A stretch of DNA of 63,707 nt from Terriglobales bacterium. GTDB lineage: Bacteria; Acidobacteriota; Aminicenantia; Aminicenantales; Saccharicenantaceae. Positions 45,420-55,236 of the stretch are shown piece after piece. The notes below the pieces were generated by a model that searched no databases, was not told the DNA's origin, and saw nothing but the letters and a program-made list of their open reading frames with translations. The stretch covers positions 1 to 63,707 of the forward strand of contig DATKJS010000044.1 in the NCBI GenBank assembly GCA_035543515.1, written 5' to 3'. The position numbers and the translations under genes were made by a program. The stretch's first letter is position 1, and each line of letters begins with the position of its first letter.

Positions 45420-46388
45420 ATGCCGTTCAAGACGTTCGACCGCTCGCGGCTGAAGCTGAGGCCGCTCGCCGAGCGCGACCACGCCCTCGGCCGCGACGTC
45501 TTCATCTATCCCGGGAGCCCCCGTGAGCCCTTCGACCATCCGGCGCTTCCCGTCCTGGCGGCCAGAATCCGCGAGGCCCGGGCGGCCGGGAGCTCCGTCA
45601 TCCTCATGCTCGGGGCCCACGTCCTGCGGCGCGGCAACGGCCCGCTCCTCATCGACCTCATTCGCCGCGGCCTGGTCAGCCACGTGGCCCTCAACGGCGC
45701 CGGAGCCGTCCACGATTACGAGCTGGCCCTTGTCGGCAGCACCTCGGAGAGCGTCGCCCGCTATGTCCGGACGGGCGAGTTCGGGCTGTGGAACGAGACG
45801 GGCGGCATCAACGAGGCGGCGCGGGCCGGCTGGCGCGACGGCATCGGCCTGGGCGAGGCCGTCGGCCGGGCCATTGCCGACGGCGGCTTCCCGTTCGCCG
45901 AGACGAGCGTCCTCGCCGCGGGCGTCCGGCTCGGCGTGCCCGTGACCGTCCACGTCGCCATCGGCCAAGACATTGTCCACGAGCACCCGAATTTCGACGG
46001 CGCGGCGACCGGCGCGACGAGCGATACGGACTTCCTCGTCCTCGCCGAGAGCATCTCCGGCCTCGAGGGCGGCGTCCTGCTCAACATCGGCACGGCCGTC
46101 ATGGGTCCCGAGGTCTACCTGAAGGCCCTGACCATGGCCCGGAACGTCGCCCGCCAGGAGGGGCGCGAGATCAGGCATTTCACGACGGCCGTCTTCGACC
46201 TCTTGGCGCTCGGCGAGGCGGACCTCCGCCGCGAGGCGGCCAAGACCGACCCGTCCTATTACTTCCGGCCCTATAAAACGGTCCTCGTCCGGACGGTGGC
46301 GGACGGCGGCGAGAGCTTTTATGTCCGCGGCGACCACGCGGCGACCGTGCCCGCTCTCTATCATCTCATCGTGGAGGACGGGAAGTGA
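45420..46388 (+). CDS. Deoxyhypusine-synthase-like NAD-binding fold protein, function unknown
   Basis: VILMLGAHV, NGAGAVHD.E, VPVTVHVAIG.DI.H, GGVLLNIGTAVMGPEVYLKAL. Confidence 0.65.
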   Translation: MPFKTFDRSRLKLRPLAERDHALGRDVFIYPGSPREPFDHPALPVLAARIREARAAGSSVILMLGAHVLRRGNGPLLIDLIRRGLVSHVALNGAGAVHDYELALVGSTSESVARYVRTGEFGLWNETGGINEAARAGWRDGIGLGEAVGRAIADGGFPFAETSVLAAGVRLGVPVTVHVAIGQDIVHEHPNFDGAATGATSDTDFLVLAESISGLEGGVLLNIGTAVMGPEVYLKALTMARNVARQEGREIRHFTTAVFDLLALGEADLRREAAKTDPSYYFRPYKTVLVRTVADGGESFYVRGDHAATVPALYHLIVEDGK

Positions 46389-47419
46389 TGACCGCGGCCA
46401 GACTGCACGAGATCGTCGGGCGGTTCGCTTCCTGCCGGGTGGCCGTGCTCGGCGATTTCTTCCTCGACAAGTACCTCGACACGGACCCCGAGCTCGCCGA
46501 GACCTCCGTCGAAACCGGCAGAGCCGCCCACCAAGTCATAGCCATCCGGACGAGCCCGGGCGCGGCCGGCACGATCGTCAACAACCTTGCCTCACTCGGC
46601 GCCGGGGAGGTCCATGCCCTGGGTGTCAGGGGGGATGACGGCGAGGGATATGACCTCGAAAAAGCCCTCGCCGGCCGCGGCTGCCGGACCGGAGATCTCA
46701 TGGTCGTTCCGGGGCGTTTCACGCCGACGTACCTCAAGCCAAGGAACATGCGGGAGCCCGGGCTCGCGGGCGAGCACGACCGCTACGACACCAAGAACCG
46801 GACGCCCATGCTGCGGGACGCGGAGGACGCGGTCCTCGAACGCCTCGAACGGCTCCTGCCGCGCCTCGACGCCGTGGCCGTCGAGGACCAGGTCGAGGAG
46901 GCCGATTGTGGAGTCGTCACGACGCGCGTCCGGGCGCGCCTGGCCGAGATCGGCCGCCTCCATCCGGAGAAGGTCATCTGGGCTGACAGCCGCTCGCGGA
47001 GCGGGCTCTTTCGGAACGTCGTCATCAAGGTCAACGCGCGCGAGGCCCTCAAGCGGGCCTTCCGGCCCGGGGCCAACGAGCCCGAGGATGCCGATGTCGT
47101 CAGGGCGATGGCCGGGCTCCGGGCCCGGACGGGCCGGCCCGTCTTCGTCACCGCCGGGACGCGCGGCGTCTGGGTGAGCGACCCCGCGCCCGACCTCGTC
47201 CGGGCCGTCCGCGTGCCCGAGCCGACCGACCCGACCGGGGCGGGCGACAGCGCCACGGCCGGCGCCCTGCTGGCCCTCTGCGCCGGCGCGACGCCGCCCG
47301 AGGCGGCCCTGGTGGCGAACCTCGTGGCCTCGATCACCGTGCAGCAGCTGGCCACGACGGGCACCGCGCGGCCGGACGAGCTCGGGCCCCGTCTGGAGAT
47401 GTGGCTTTCACAAACGTAG
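46388..47419 (+). CDS. PfkB-family sugar kinase, HldE/RfaE domain-I-like
   Basis: VLGDFFLDKY, SPGAAGTIVNNLASLG, DPTGAGDSATAG. Confidence 0.85.
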   Translation: MTAARLHEIVGRFASCRVAVLGDFFLDKYLDTDPELAETSVETGRAAHQVIAIRTSPGAAGTIVNNLASLGAGEVHALGVRGDDGEGYDLEKALAGRGCRTGDLMVVPGRFTPTYLKPRNMREPGLAGEHDRYDTKNRTPMLRDAEDAVLERLERLLPRLDAVAVEDQVEEADCGVVTTRVRARLAEIGRLHPEKVIWADSRSRSGLFRNVVIKVNAREALKRAFRPGANEPEDADVVRAMAGLRARTGRPVFVTAGTRGVWVSDPAPDLVRAVRVPEPTDPTGAGDSATAGALLALCAGATPPEAALVANLVASITVQQLATTGTARPDELGPRLEMWLSQT

Positions 47420-47435
47420 AAAAGGAGGAGCGCCG

Positions 47436-47996
47436 ATGAAATTCGCCGCCGATTACCTCGAAGACCTGAAAAAGACCTTGGCCCGGCTCGACGCCGCCGA
47501 GATCGGCAAGGCGGCCGCGCTCCTCGGGGAAGCGCGGGACAACCATCGCTCGGTGTTCGTCCTGGGAAACGGCGGCAGCGCCGCCATCGCCTCGCACCTC
47601 GTCGTCGACCTCCTCAAGGGGGCCTCGTTCGGCCGCCGGGAGCGTTTCAGGATCATGAGCCTCTCCGATAACATCCCGACGGTCACGGCCTATCTCAATG
47701 ACGTTGGTCCTGACGCGGTCTTCGTCGAACAGCTCAAGAACTTCGCCCGCACGGACGACGTCGTCATCGCCATCAGCGGCAGCGGCGACAGCCCGAACGT
47801 CCTGGCCGCCGTCGAATACGCGAACGGCATCGGCTGCCGGACGATCGGCATGACCCGGGCGGACGGCGGTGCGCTCCGCGGCCTGGTCGGGCTCAGACTG
47901 GCCGTCCCGAGCGGCCACCTGGGCCGGCTCGAGGACAGCTTCACGGTCATGGCCCACATCCTGGCCTACGCCTTCATGGAGCGGGCCGTCGATTAG
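47436..47996 (+). CDS. gmhA: SIS-domain phosphoheptose isomerase (GmhA-like)
   Basis: GNGGSAAIASH, TAYLND, DVVIAISGSG.SPNV, EDSF..MAH. Confidence 0.85.
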   Translation: MKFAADYLEDLKKTLARLDAAEIGKAAALLGEARDNHRSVFVLGNGGSAAIASHLVVDLLKGASFGRRERFRIMSLSDNIPTVTAYLNDVGPDAVFVEQLKNFARTDDVVIAISGSGDSPNVLAAVEYANGIGCRTIGMTRADGGALRGLVGLRLAVPSGHLGRLEDSFTVMAHILAYAFMERAVD

Positions 47997-50900
47997 CGCG
48001 CCCGGCCTTCTGTAACGAACGTCACCGGACCGAGAAGACCCGACGGGAGAAGGGGAGAGTCCTTTTCGAAGTGCTTCCAGGTCGAGAAGGTATAGCGGCC
48101 GGGCGAAGGACGCGGCTCGCCCTTGAGGAGCCACTCGGGCCAGCGCGAGAGGCTGCCGTCTCGGCCGTATTCGCAATCGGCGGGCTGGCGCTCGTCCCCG
48201 ATGAGGCGGTTGGGCCAGAGGTTGGCCACGGTGACCTCCAGCCGGTTTCTCCTGGCCTTCACGGCGCCCGTGATCTCCACGCGCCAGGGGTCGCACCAGA
48301 CGACACCGAGGTCCCGGCCGTTGAGACGGACGCGGGCGATGTCCTTCACTGCACCCAGGTCGAGCCAGAGGCGCGAAGAAGCCATTGAACCGACGGCCTC
48401 AGGCAGGTCGAAGACCTTTTCGTATGTGGCGTGGCCCGAATAGTACTTGATCCCCTCTTCGGGGCGGCGGCTCCAGTCGTCAAGGCCTTCGAAGACGACC
48501 TTCTCGGGTCCGCCCCATCTCGGGTCGAACGAGACGTCCCACGGCCCGTCGACCTTCCCGGCCTCGACGAGCGGAGTGAAGTTCAGCGCGCCGCCCGTGT
48601 TCCCTCCGGCCTTTTCCCCTGCCGGCGCATCGGCCGCGGCTTTCCGGAAGACGACGAAGAACGACTGATGGGGTGCAAAGCTAAGGGGCGCCGACGTCCG
48701 GCCGTTGGAACCCGTCCATTCTGTGAGGTCCCGGACCTCGCCCGTCACCGCGTCCCAAAGCTCGGGCCGCTTGCCGGTCACGCGGAAAACGCAGGTCGCC
48801 TCGAGTGGCGAGGCGGCCGCGTTGGCGACGAAGTAGATGTCGGTGTCGCCGTCCCGCCGGTGCGCATAGCGGACGGCGCCATCCGACTCGAAGTCCGGCG
48901 GGATGCTCATCTCCGAGAGGACACGGGCGGCCACGGCGAAATCGCCGTACTGCCGTGGTTCGGAAAGAGGGGCGGCGCCGACGTGCCACGTCGAGTCCTC
49001 GAGGCGCTCCCGGCCTTTTGCGAGCGTCGCCTCGGCCGCCGTCGCCTCGGTCTCCCGACCGTCTCCGGGATTCCCAAGGCCCGCGCCTGCTTTCGGTCCC
49101 CTGGCGACCGCCTTCCCCTCCTTGGCGCCCTCGGCTTCCCTCACCCAGATGACCCGGCCTTTCCCGATGGCGTGCTCCGTGACGCGGACACCGTCGCCAT
49201 CGCCCCACAGTTCGGCGGCAAGCGCCCTGACCTCGGCGTCGCATTCCGGATAGCCGGCCAGGCCGGGAGATTTGCGCGGCGGCGGGCCGACGACCGTCGC
49301 CCCGGCAGCTGCGAGGTCCCGGACCTTCCGCAGCAATCCCGGGGTCATCGTCTCCCGCTCCGGGAGGACGAGGAGCCGGTAACTCATGCCGTCCGGGAGG
49401 ACGAGGCGCCCGTCCCGCACGGACATCGAAGCGACGAGCGTCTCCGGGGCGCAGGCGTCGAAGTTCCAGCCGAGCCGGTCGGGCGGGCTGCCGCGCAGCG
49501 CCGACTCCGGCGCGCGGAAGACCTGCGGTGCGCCCTCGGCGACCAGGTAACAGACGTCCGCCACCGGCAGCCCCTGCCGCAGCATGAACTGGCACCGCGT
49601 CAGATAGCGGTGGCATGCGGGCAGCATGTCCCAGAAGGTCTGGGTCCTTTCCCAGTGCACGCCGTAGGGGCCCATGGTCATGCCCGGCCGGAGGTCGAGC
49701 CGTGCCTGATGCTGGTAACGGTGGAAGACGATGCGGTTGACGCCCGCGGCCAGGGCCCAGTCGCCGAGGGCCTTCATCGCGGCCGGATTGGCCTGCCAGC
49801 GCTCCTCGTCGCTCGAGGTGAAGGCCTCGGCGCCCACGATCCGCCGGCCGCAGGTGTGGCCGACGCTTGCGGCCTCGATGACGCTGTGGGCCGTATTGAA
49901 GCCGCAGAGCCAGAACTCGCCCTGCGGCACGTCGGCGACCGTGCCCAGGGTCATGTCGGCGCAGGGGGTCATGTCGTAGGGCTCGATCGAGAGCCCGAAG
50001 CCGTCGCGGCGGCCGAGCTCCTTGAGATGGGTGGCGTGGTTCTCGATGATGAGCTCCTGGGCGGTGAGGCGGAGGTCCCAGAGGAAGCGCTCCGAAAGCT
50101 CGAGCGTCCCGACGACGCGGCCCGTGATCGCGGGGAGATAGGGGAGGAGGTCGTAGCCGCGGCGGCGGCGGAACTCCTCGCGGAAGGCGCCGGTCCAGTT
50201 CTGGGCGCCCATCTCCCAGCTGTCGATGTGGAGAGACGTCCAGCCTGCGCCGGCGGCCGTTTTATGCGGGCCGATCTCGCGCAGGAGGCTGCCGACAAAA
50301 GCGTCGTAATGTGCGTCGAGCGCCGCCCGGTCGAGCTTGTCGCACTCGAGCCCGAGCCCCGGGACGGGAGCAGGCCGCGTGTTTGCGCCGGTCGTCGTCC
50401 GGCCGAAACGGAGAATCGTCCATCGTCCCTGCGGGATGTCACACGAGAGGCGCCCGTCCGCTGCGAGTCGGCCGGAGAGGTCGACGATGCGCGAAGGGTC
50501 GATAACCGCGCCGGCCGGGAGAGGGGGGTAGTCCGCAGGCGAGGGGAGAAGTGGCTTGACGCCCGGCTGGGACGAATAGGGGGCCCGGACATAGAGGGCC
50601 TTCTCGTCGATGTCGGCGATCGCGCCGCCGCCGGCCTTGGGCGTCGGGAAGGCCAGCACGGCTACATCCTTATAGAACTCGTTCTTCGCTCTTTCCTGTG
50701 CCGGCGGCAGCATCCCGTCCCCGAAAAAGGCGGGCCGCCGCTTGGGAAGGGGCAGGACGCCGTCGAAGCGCGCCGGACCCTTGACATCGACGGCGCTGGC
50801 GACGAGGTGCTGCATCGACTGTTCGGGCTTGACCCACGGGCCGCCACTCCCGGTCCAGCCGGGCCCGGCGTTGAGAGTGATCTCCAGGCCCAGCCGCTCC

Positions 50901-51232
50901 GCCTCGGTGACGACGTGCTTGAAGAGCCGGCGCCACTCAGGGCTCATGAACTCGACCGGCCCGCGCGGCACGCCGACGTTGACCTCGCAGATGATGACGC
51001 CGCCGATGCCCGCGGCTTTCATCGCCTCGAGGTCCTTGGTGATGCCGGCGCGGTCGAGGTTCCCGTCCATCCACATCCAATAAACCCAGGGCCGGGCCTC
51101 GTCCGGGGGCGCGGCGAAACCATAAGCCAGCGGGTCTGCCGGGCGCGAGGCGCAGCCGGCGGCGAAGCAGAGGGCCGTCAGGATAAGAGCGCCCTTGGCG
51201 AGTTTCCTTACCAACCGGGACCTGCGCATCAT
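47993..51232 (-). CDS. GH106-family alpha-L-rhamnosidase-like glycoside hydrolase (lipoprotein)
   Basis: ARPWVYWMWMDGN...ITKDLEAMKAAGIGG, DSWE, AEAFT, G.NRIVFH, C-terminal GH2-like LDLG.V.DIA.V.LNG and SGLLGPV. Confidence 0.88.
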   Translation of the reverse strand: MMRRSRLVRKLAKGALILTALCFAAGCASRPADPLAYGFAAPPDEARPWVYWMWMDGNLDRAGITKDLEAMKAAGIGGVIICEVNVGVPRGPVEFMSPEWRRLFKHVVTEAERLGLEITLNAGPGWTGSGGPWVKPEQSMQHLVASAVDVKGPARFDGVLPLPKRRPAFFGDGMLPPAQERAKNEFYKDVAVLAFPTPKAGGGAIADIDEKALYVRAPYSSQPGVKPLLPSPADYPPLPAGAVIDPSRIVDLSGRLAADGRLSCDIPQGRWTILRFGRTTTGANTRPAPVPGLGLECDKLDRAALDAHYDAFVGSLLREIGPHKTAAGAGWTSLHIDSWEMGAQNWTGAFREEFRRRRGYDLLPYLPAITGRVVGTLELSERFLWDLRLTAQELIIENHATHLKELGRRDGFGLSIEPYDMTPCADMTLGTVADVPQGEFWLCGFNTAHSVIEAASVGHTCGRRIVGAEAFTSSDEERWQANPAAMKALGDWALAAGVNRIVFHRYQHQARLDLRPGMTMGPYGVHWERTQTFWDMLPACHRYLTRCQFMLRQGLPVADVCYLVAEGAPQVFRAPESALRGSPPDRLGWNFDACAPETLVASMSVRDGRLVLPDGMSYRLLVLPERETMTPGLLRKVRDLAAAGATVVGPPPRKSPGLAGYPECDAEVRALAAELWGDGDGVRVTEHAIGKGRVIWVREAEGAKEGKAVARGPKAGAGLGNPGDGRETEATAAEATLAKGRERLEDSTWHVGAAPLSEPRQYGDFAVAARVLSEMSIPPDFESDGAVRYAHRRDGDTDIYFVANAAASPLEATCVFRVTGKRPELWDAVTGEVRDLTEWTGSNGRTSAPLSFAPHQSFFVVFRKAAADAPAGEKAGGNTGGALNFTPLVEAGKVDGPWDVSFDPRWGGPEKVVFEGLDDWSRRPEEGIKYYSGHATYEKVFDLPEAVGSMASSRLWLDLGAVKDIARVRLNGRDLGVVWCDPWRVEITGAVKARRNRLEVTVANLWPNRLIGDERQPADCEYGRDGSLSRWPEWLLKGEPRPSPGRYTFSTWKHFEKDSPLLPSGLLGPVTFVTEGRAR

Positions 51233-51356
51233 GAAGCCCTCCGTTCCGAACTCGAGCCGATGCTATCCTCGGCCGCTCGCTCAAGTCAAGCGATGTCGCC
51301 GGGGAGAATCAGGTCAGGTTGACATCGAGAAAATATTGGTTTAGGCTCCTTCCCTG

Positions 51357-51440
51357 ATGGCGCGGACGATCATTGGAGTCGGCTTGCTCATTCTGGGAGT
51401 CATGCTTGTCCATCGTCCATCGATGTCCGGCATGCCATAA
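51357..51440 (+). CDS. Putative 27-aa leaderless single-TM small protein / leader peptide
   Basis: MARTIIGVGLLILGVMLVHRPSMSGMP*. ATG lies 9 nt after TTGACA-17-TAGGCT (51319-51347). Confidence 0.4.
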   Translation: MARTIIGVGLLILGVMLVHRPSMSGMP

Positions 51441-51480
51441 GATTCTGTCCAACGTCTTTTTTGATTTAGGATCAACGATC

Positions 51481-54306
51481 ATGACAAAACCGTCCCTGCT
51501 TGCGAAGCTTCTCTGGCCGCTCTGGGCCTTCGCCCTGGCCCTTTCGTCCGTTGCCGCGCAGGACAAGAACACCTACGCGCCCGATATCCCGGAAAAGGGA
51601 TCGGTCGAGGCCATCGCCAAGTTCACGACCGAAGCCCGCTTCGGCAACCCGTGGGTCGCCTACGTGCCGGCCTCCGATACCGTGCCTTCGCCGACGCAGT
51701 CCCTCGGCCACGTCGTCGGCGCCGAGGGCGAGCTGTCGAGCACGGCCAAGATCTACGGCTATTTCCGGAAGCTGGCCGCAGCGACGCCGCGCGTCCGCGT
51801 CCAGACGATCGGCCGGACCGAGGAAGGGCGGGACATCCTCCTCGTCGCCGTTTCGGACGAGGACGGGATCCGCAGCCTCGACAAGCTCAAGGCCGCGACC
51901 GCCGCCCTGGCCGACCCGCGGAAAACGACCCCCGAAGCGGCCGAGGCGCTCATCGCTTCGGGCCGCCCTATTTATTACTTTAATGCCGGGCTTCACTCGA
52001 CGGAGACGGGGAGCCCCGAGATGGCCATGGAGCTGGCCTACCGCCTGGCCGTGTCCGACCAGCCCATGATCCAGCGGATCCGGGCCAGCGTCATCGTCCT
52101 TATCAACCCGGTTTCGGAGCCGGACGGCCGCGATAAGATGGTCGATTGGTTCTACCGCTATCTCAAGGGCAAGACGGACTTCGACGACCTCCCGCCCGTC
52201 TCGCCGCCGTACTGGGGCCATTACGTCTTCCACGACAACAACCGCGACACGCACCGCCAGGCCCTCGAGCTGACGCGGGCCGTGACCCGGATGTTCTTCG
52301 ATTTCCACCCGACCGTTATCCACGACCTCCACGAGAGCATCCCGCTCCTCCACACCTGGAACGGCACCGGCCCGTGGAACAACAACGTCGACGCCATCCT
52401 CATCGACGAGTTCTTCGAGATGGCTTTCGCCGAGATCGGCGCCCTAACCTCCCTGGGCATGCCGGGCGTCTGGACGTGGGGCTTCGGCGAGGGCTGGACC
52501 CACCACTACCTCGACTCCTTCGCCGTCAACCACAACAGCATGGGCCGCGGCTACGAGACGTACGGGAACGCCTCGGCCGAGACCATGGAGCGGGTCCTCA
52601 GGCCGAACGAGGAGCGCTACGTCAACCGGCCCGTCACGAGCAGGGAATGGTATCGTCCGCTGCCGCCGCCGCGGAAATTCCGCTGGTCCCTGCGGGATAA
52701 CACGAACTACATGGAAACGGGCTGCCTGGCCATCCTCGACTATACCGCCAAGAACGCCAAGGAGATGCTCCGCGATTTCTATCGCAAGGGATATAACTCA
52801 TGGCAAAAGGGGGTCAAGGGCGCGCCGTTCGCCTTTGCCATCCGCGAGGACCAGGGCGACCGCCGGCGCGTCGTGGAGATGCTCGGGCTCCTGATGGGAC
52901 ACGGCATCGAGGTCTCGCGGGCGACGGCGGCCTTCAAGCTCGACGAGGGCGAGTTCCCGGCCGGGACCTACCTCGTTAAGCTCGACCAGCCCTATCGGAA
53001 TTACGCCGTGGACCTGCTCACGGCCCAGGAGTACCCGCCCGACACGCCCTACGAGCCCTACGACGACGTGTCCTGGTCGCTTCCACTTCACTTCGGCGTC
53101 GAGGCCAAGCGCATTGACGACGCCAAGGTCAAAGACGTCCCGGCGACCCTGCTCCAGGCCGGCTTCGAGGTTCGGGGCAAGGTCAGCGGCGCCGGTCCGG
53201 TCTACCTGCTCAAGGACACGGGCCAGGAATCGCTTTTCGCCCTGCGCAACCGTCTGGCCGCCTTCAAGGTCGAGATTGTCGAAAAGCCCTTTAAGTCGGG
53301 CGGGGCGGATTATCCGGCCGGCTCATGGATCCTCCCCGACCAGAAGGGACTGGCCGACTCCCTGAAGAAGGCTGCGGCCGAGCTGGCCCTGGACTTCGAG
53401 AGCGGGGCCGCCGCGCCCGACGTCGCCCGCCACGAGTCGCGCCTGCCGCGCCTCGCCGTCTGGCACACCTGGGCCGACACCGAGTCGACCGGCTGGATCC
53501 GCTACGCCCTCGACCGCGAGAAGATCCCTTACGCCTACATCCGCGACGACGAGATCCGGGCCGGCCGGCTCCACGAGCGCTACGACATCATCGTCTTCCC
53601 CCACAACTACCTCGGCCTCCAAGAGCAGATCCTGGGGATCGACAAGAAGTGGTCGCCGATGGCCTACACGAAGACGAAAGACTTCCCCGATCTTGGCGTT
53701 CCGGATGGATCGGACGACATCACCGGGGGGATCGGTTGGGGCGGCATGGCCAACCTGGAGAAGTATCTCGCCGATGGCGGCATCCTCATCACCCTCGGCA
53801 ACGGCTCGACGTTGGCGCTCGACGGCGGGCTCGTTCGCGACGTCTATCACAAGGGCGGCGCCTTTTTCACGCCCGGCTCGGAGCTCAGGGTGAAGTTCGT
53901 GAGACCCGACCATCCGCTCGCCTACGGCTATCCGGAGACGACCTCGGTTTTCCGCACGATGCTGCCCGTTTACGATATCGCCATGTCGGGGCGCCGGAGC
54001 GTCGTTCTCCAATGGGGGACGAAGCTCCGCTCGGAGGACCGCGAGGAAACCCCGGCCGAAGCGGCAAAGGCCAAGGATGCCCAAGCGGCGGCCAAGAAGG
54101 AAGAGCCCAAGATGCTCGTCGCGGGCGCCCTGAGGGGCGAGGACGACCTCGAGGGCCGGCCGGCCATCTTAGACCTTCCGGCGGGCAAGGGTCGCGTCAT
54201 CGCCTTCAACTTCGAGCCGATTCACAGAGACCTCAACCGCTCGGATTTCCGGTTCCTGTGGAACGCGCTCCTCAACTGGAACGCCCTGCCGCCTGGCGGA
54301 AAATAG
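51481..54306 (+). CDS. M14-family zinc carboxypeptidase with C-terminal class I GATase-like domain
   Basis: GLHSTE (HxxE), NPVSEPDGRD, DNNRD, HDLHE; signal peptide; start ATG 51481. Confidence 0.9.
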   Translation: MTKPSLLAKLLWPLWAFALALSSVAAQDKNTYAPDIPEKGSVEAIAKFTTEARFGNPWVAYVPASDTVPSPTQSLGHVVGAEGELSSTAKIYGYFRKLAAATPRVRVQTIGRTEEGRDILLVAVSDEDGIRSLDKLKAATAALADPRKTTPEAAEALIASGRPIYYFNAGLHSTETGSPEMAMELAYRLAVSDQPMIQRIRASVIVLINPVSEPDGRDKMVDWFYRYLKGKTDFDDLPPVSPPYWGHYVFHDNNRDTHRQALELTRAVTRMFFDFHPTVIHDLHESIPLLHTWNGTGPWNNNVDAILIDEFFEMAFAEIGALTSLGMPGVWTWGFGEGWTHHYLDSFAVNHNSMGRGYETYGNASAETMERVLRPNEERYVNRPVTSREWYRPLPPPRKFRWSLRDNTNYMETGCLAILDYTAKNAKEMLRDFYRKGYNSWQKGVKGAPFAFAIREDQGDRRRVVEMLGLLMGHGIEVSRATAAFKLDEGEFPAGTYLVKLDQPYRNYAVDLLTAQEYPPDTPYEPYDDVSWSLPLHFGVEAKRIDDAKVKDVPATLLQAGFEVRGKVSGAGPVYLLKDTGQESLFALRNRLAAFKVEIVEKPFKSGGADYPAGSWILPDQKGLADSLKKAAAELALDFESGAAAPDVARHESRLPRLAVWHTWADTESTGWIRYALDREKIPYAYIRDDEIRAGRLHERYDIIVFPHNYLGLQEQILGIDKKWSPMAYTKTKDFPDLGVPDGSDDITGGIGWGGMANLEKYLADGGILITLGNGSTLALDGGLVRDVYHKGGAFFTPGSELRVKFVRPDHPLAYGYPETTSVFRTMLPVYDIAMSGRRSVVLQWGTKLRSEDREETPAEAAKAKDAQAAAKKEEPKMLVAGALRGEDDLEGRPAILDLPAGKGRVIAFNFEPIHRDLNRSDFRFLWNALLNWNALPPGGK

Positions 54307-54453
54307 GGCCGCGCCGGGTCGGATGAGTCCGGAATGGAACTGGCTCCCCGGCGGCGTCGAGTTGTGGTATACTCGGCCGCAGGGACCGTTCGGCGCAACC
54401 GGGGGGGGAAACCGGTCCCGTCCGAACGGCAACGGACCCGTGAGGAGGGGACG

Positions 54454-54708
54454 ATGCCTGAAGAAGCCATCGGCAAGGTGACCCACTATTTCGATCGGAT
54501 CGGCGTCGCCGTCCTGCAGCTGACGGGGACGGTCCGGGTCGGCGACAGCCTCCATTTCCACGGCCACTCGACGGATTTCACGCAGAAGGTCGATTCGCTC
54601 CAGATCGAGCACAAGAGCGTCCCGGAAGGGAACCCGGGCCAGGACGTGGCGCTGAAGGTCGGCCAGAAGGTCCACCCGAACGACCAGGTGCTGAAAGTCA
54701 CGGAATAG
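54454..54708 (+). CDS. Small EF-Tu domain II-like / U32 peptidase C-terminal-like protein
   Basis: IGKVTHYFDRIGVAV...VGD...G..TDFTQ.V.S.QI.H. SD GAGGAGG before ATG 54454. Confidence 0.85.
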   Translation: MPEEAIGKVTHYFDRIGVAVLQLTGTVRVGDSLHFHGHSTDFTQKVDSLQIEHKSVPEGNPGQDVALKVGQKVHPNDQVLKVTE

Positions 54709-54783
54709 CGACCCGCACGGAGCGCGGCGCTGTCCTCACGACGGCCGGGGGGATTCCCTCGCCGCTCGAATAAAGGAGGGGTC

Positions 54784-55209
54784 ATGAATTGGAAACGCAT
54801 CTTCTTGGCCAGCCTCGTGATCTACGTCGTCTTCCAGGGCCTGGGTTACCTCATGGACCACGTTTTCCTGAAGGGCGACTATGACCAGCTGAAGTCCCTG
54901 TGGCGGCCGAACATGACGTCGAGGATGTGGGTCCTCTACGTCGTGGGCCTCCTGGTGGCGTTCCTGTTCACCTACATCTTCGTCAAGGGCCGCGAGGGGA
55001 AGGGAATCCAGGAGGGCGTGCGGTTCGGAATCATCATCTGGCTGTTCACCATTGTGCCGTATAACCTCGAGCTCTGGGTCATCTTCCCCATCCCGCACCA
55101 GCTGATCGTGAAATGGATGCTGTTCGGGCTGCTGTCGAGCCTGATTGGCGGCATCCTGGCCGCGGTCATCTACGAGCCGGCCGCTCCGGCCGCCGCGACG
55201 CAGCCCTAG
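54784..55209 (+). CDS. 4-TM membrane protein (DUF1761-like)
   Basis: SD AAGGAGG, four hydrophobic segments. Confidence 0.75.
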   Translation: MNWKRIFLASLVIYVVFQGLGYLMDHVFLKGDYDQLKSLWRPNMTSRMWVLYVVGLLVAFLFTYIFVKGREGKGIQEGVRFGIIIWLFTIVPYNLELWVIFPIPHQLIVKWMLFGLLSSLIGGILAAVIYEPAAPAAATQP

Positions 55210-55236
55210 AAGGGAGGCGGGTCCGCGCAGGCGCGG

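Noticed and set aside
47993-47996. Overlapping stop codons of convergent gmhA and GH106 (also the 42922-42932 overlap)
   Set aside because: Short convergent overlaps are common in compact genomes and imply no function.
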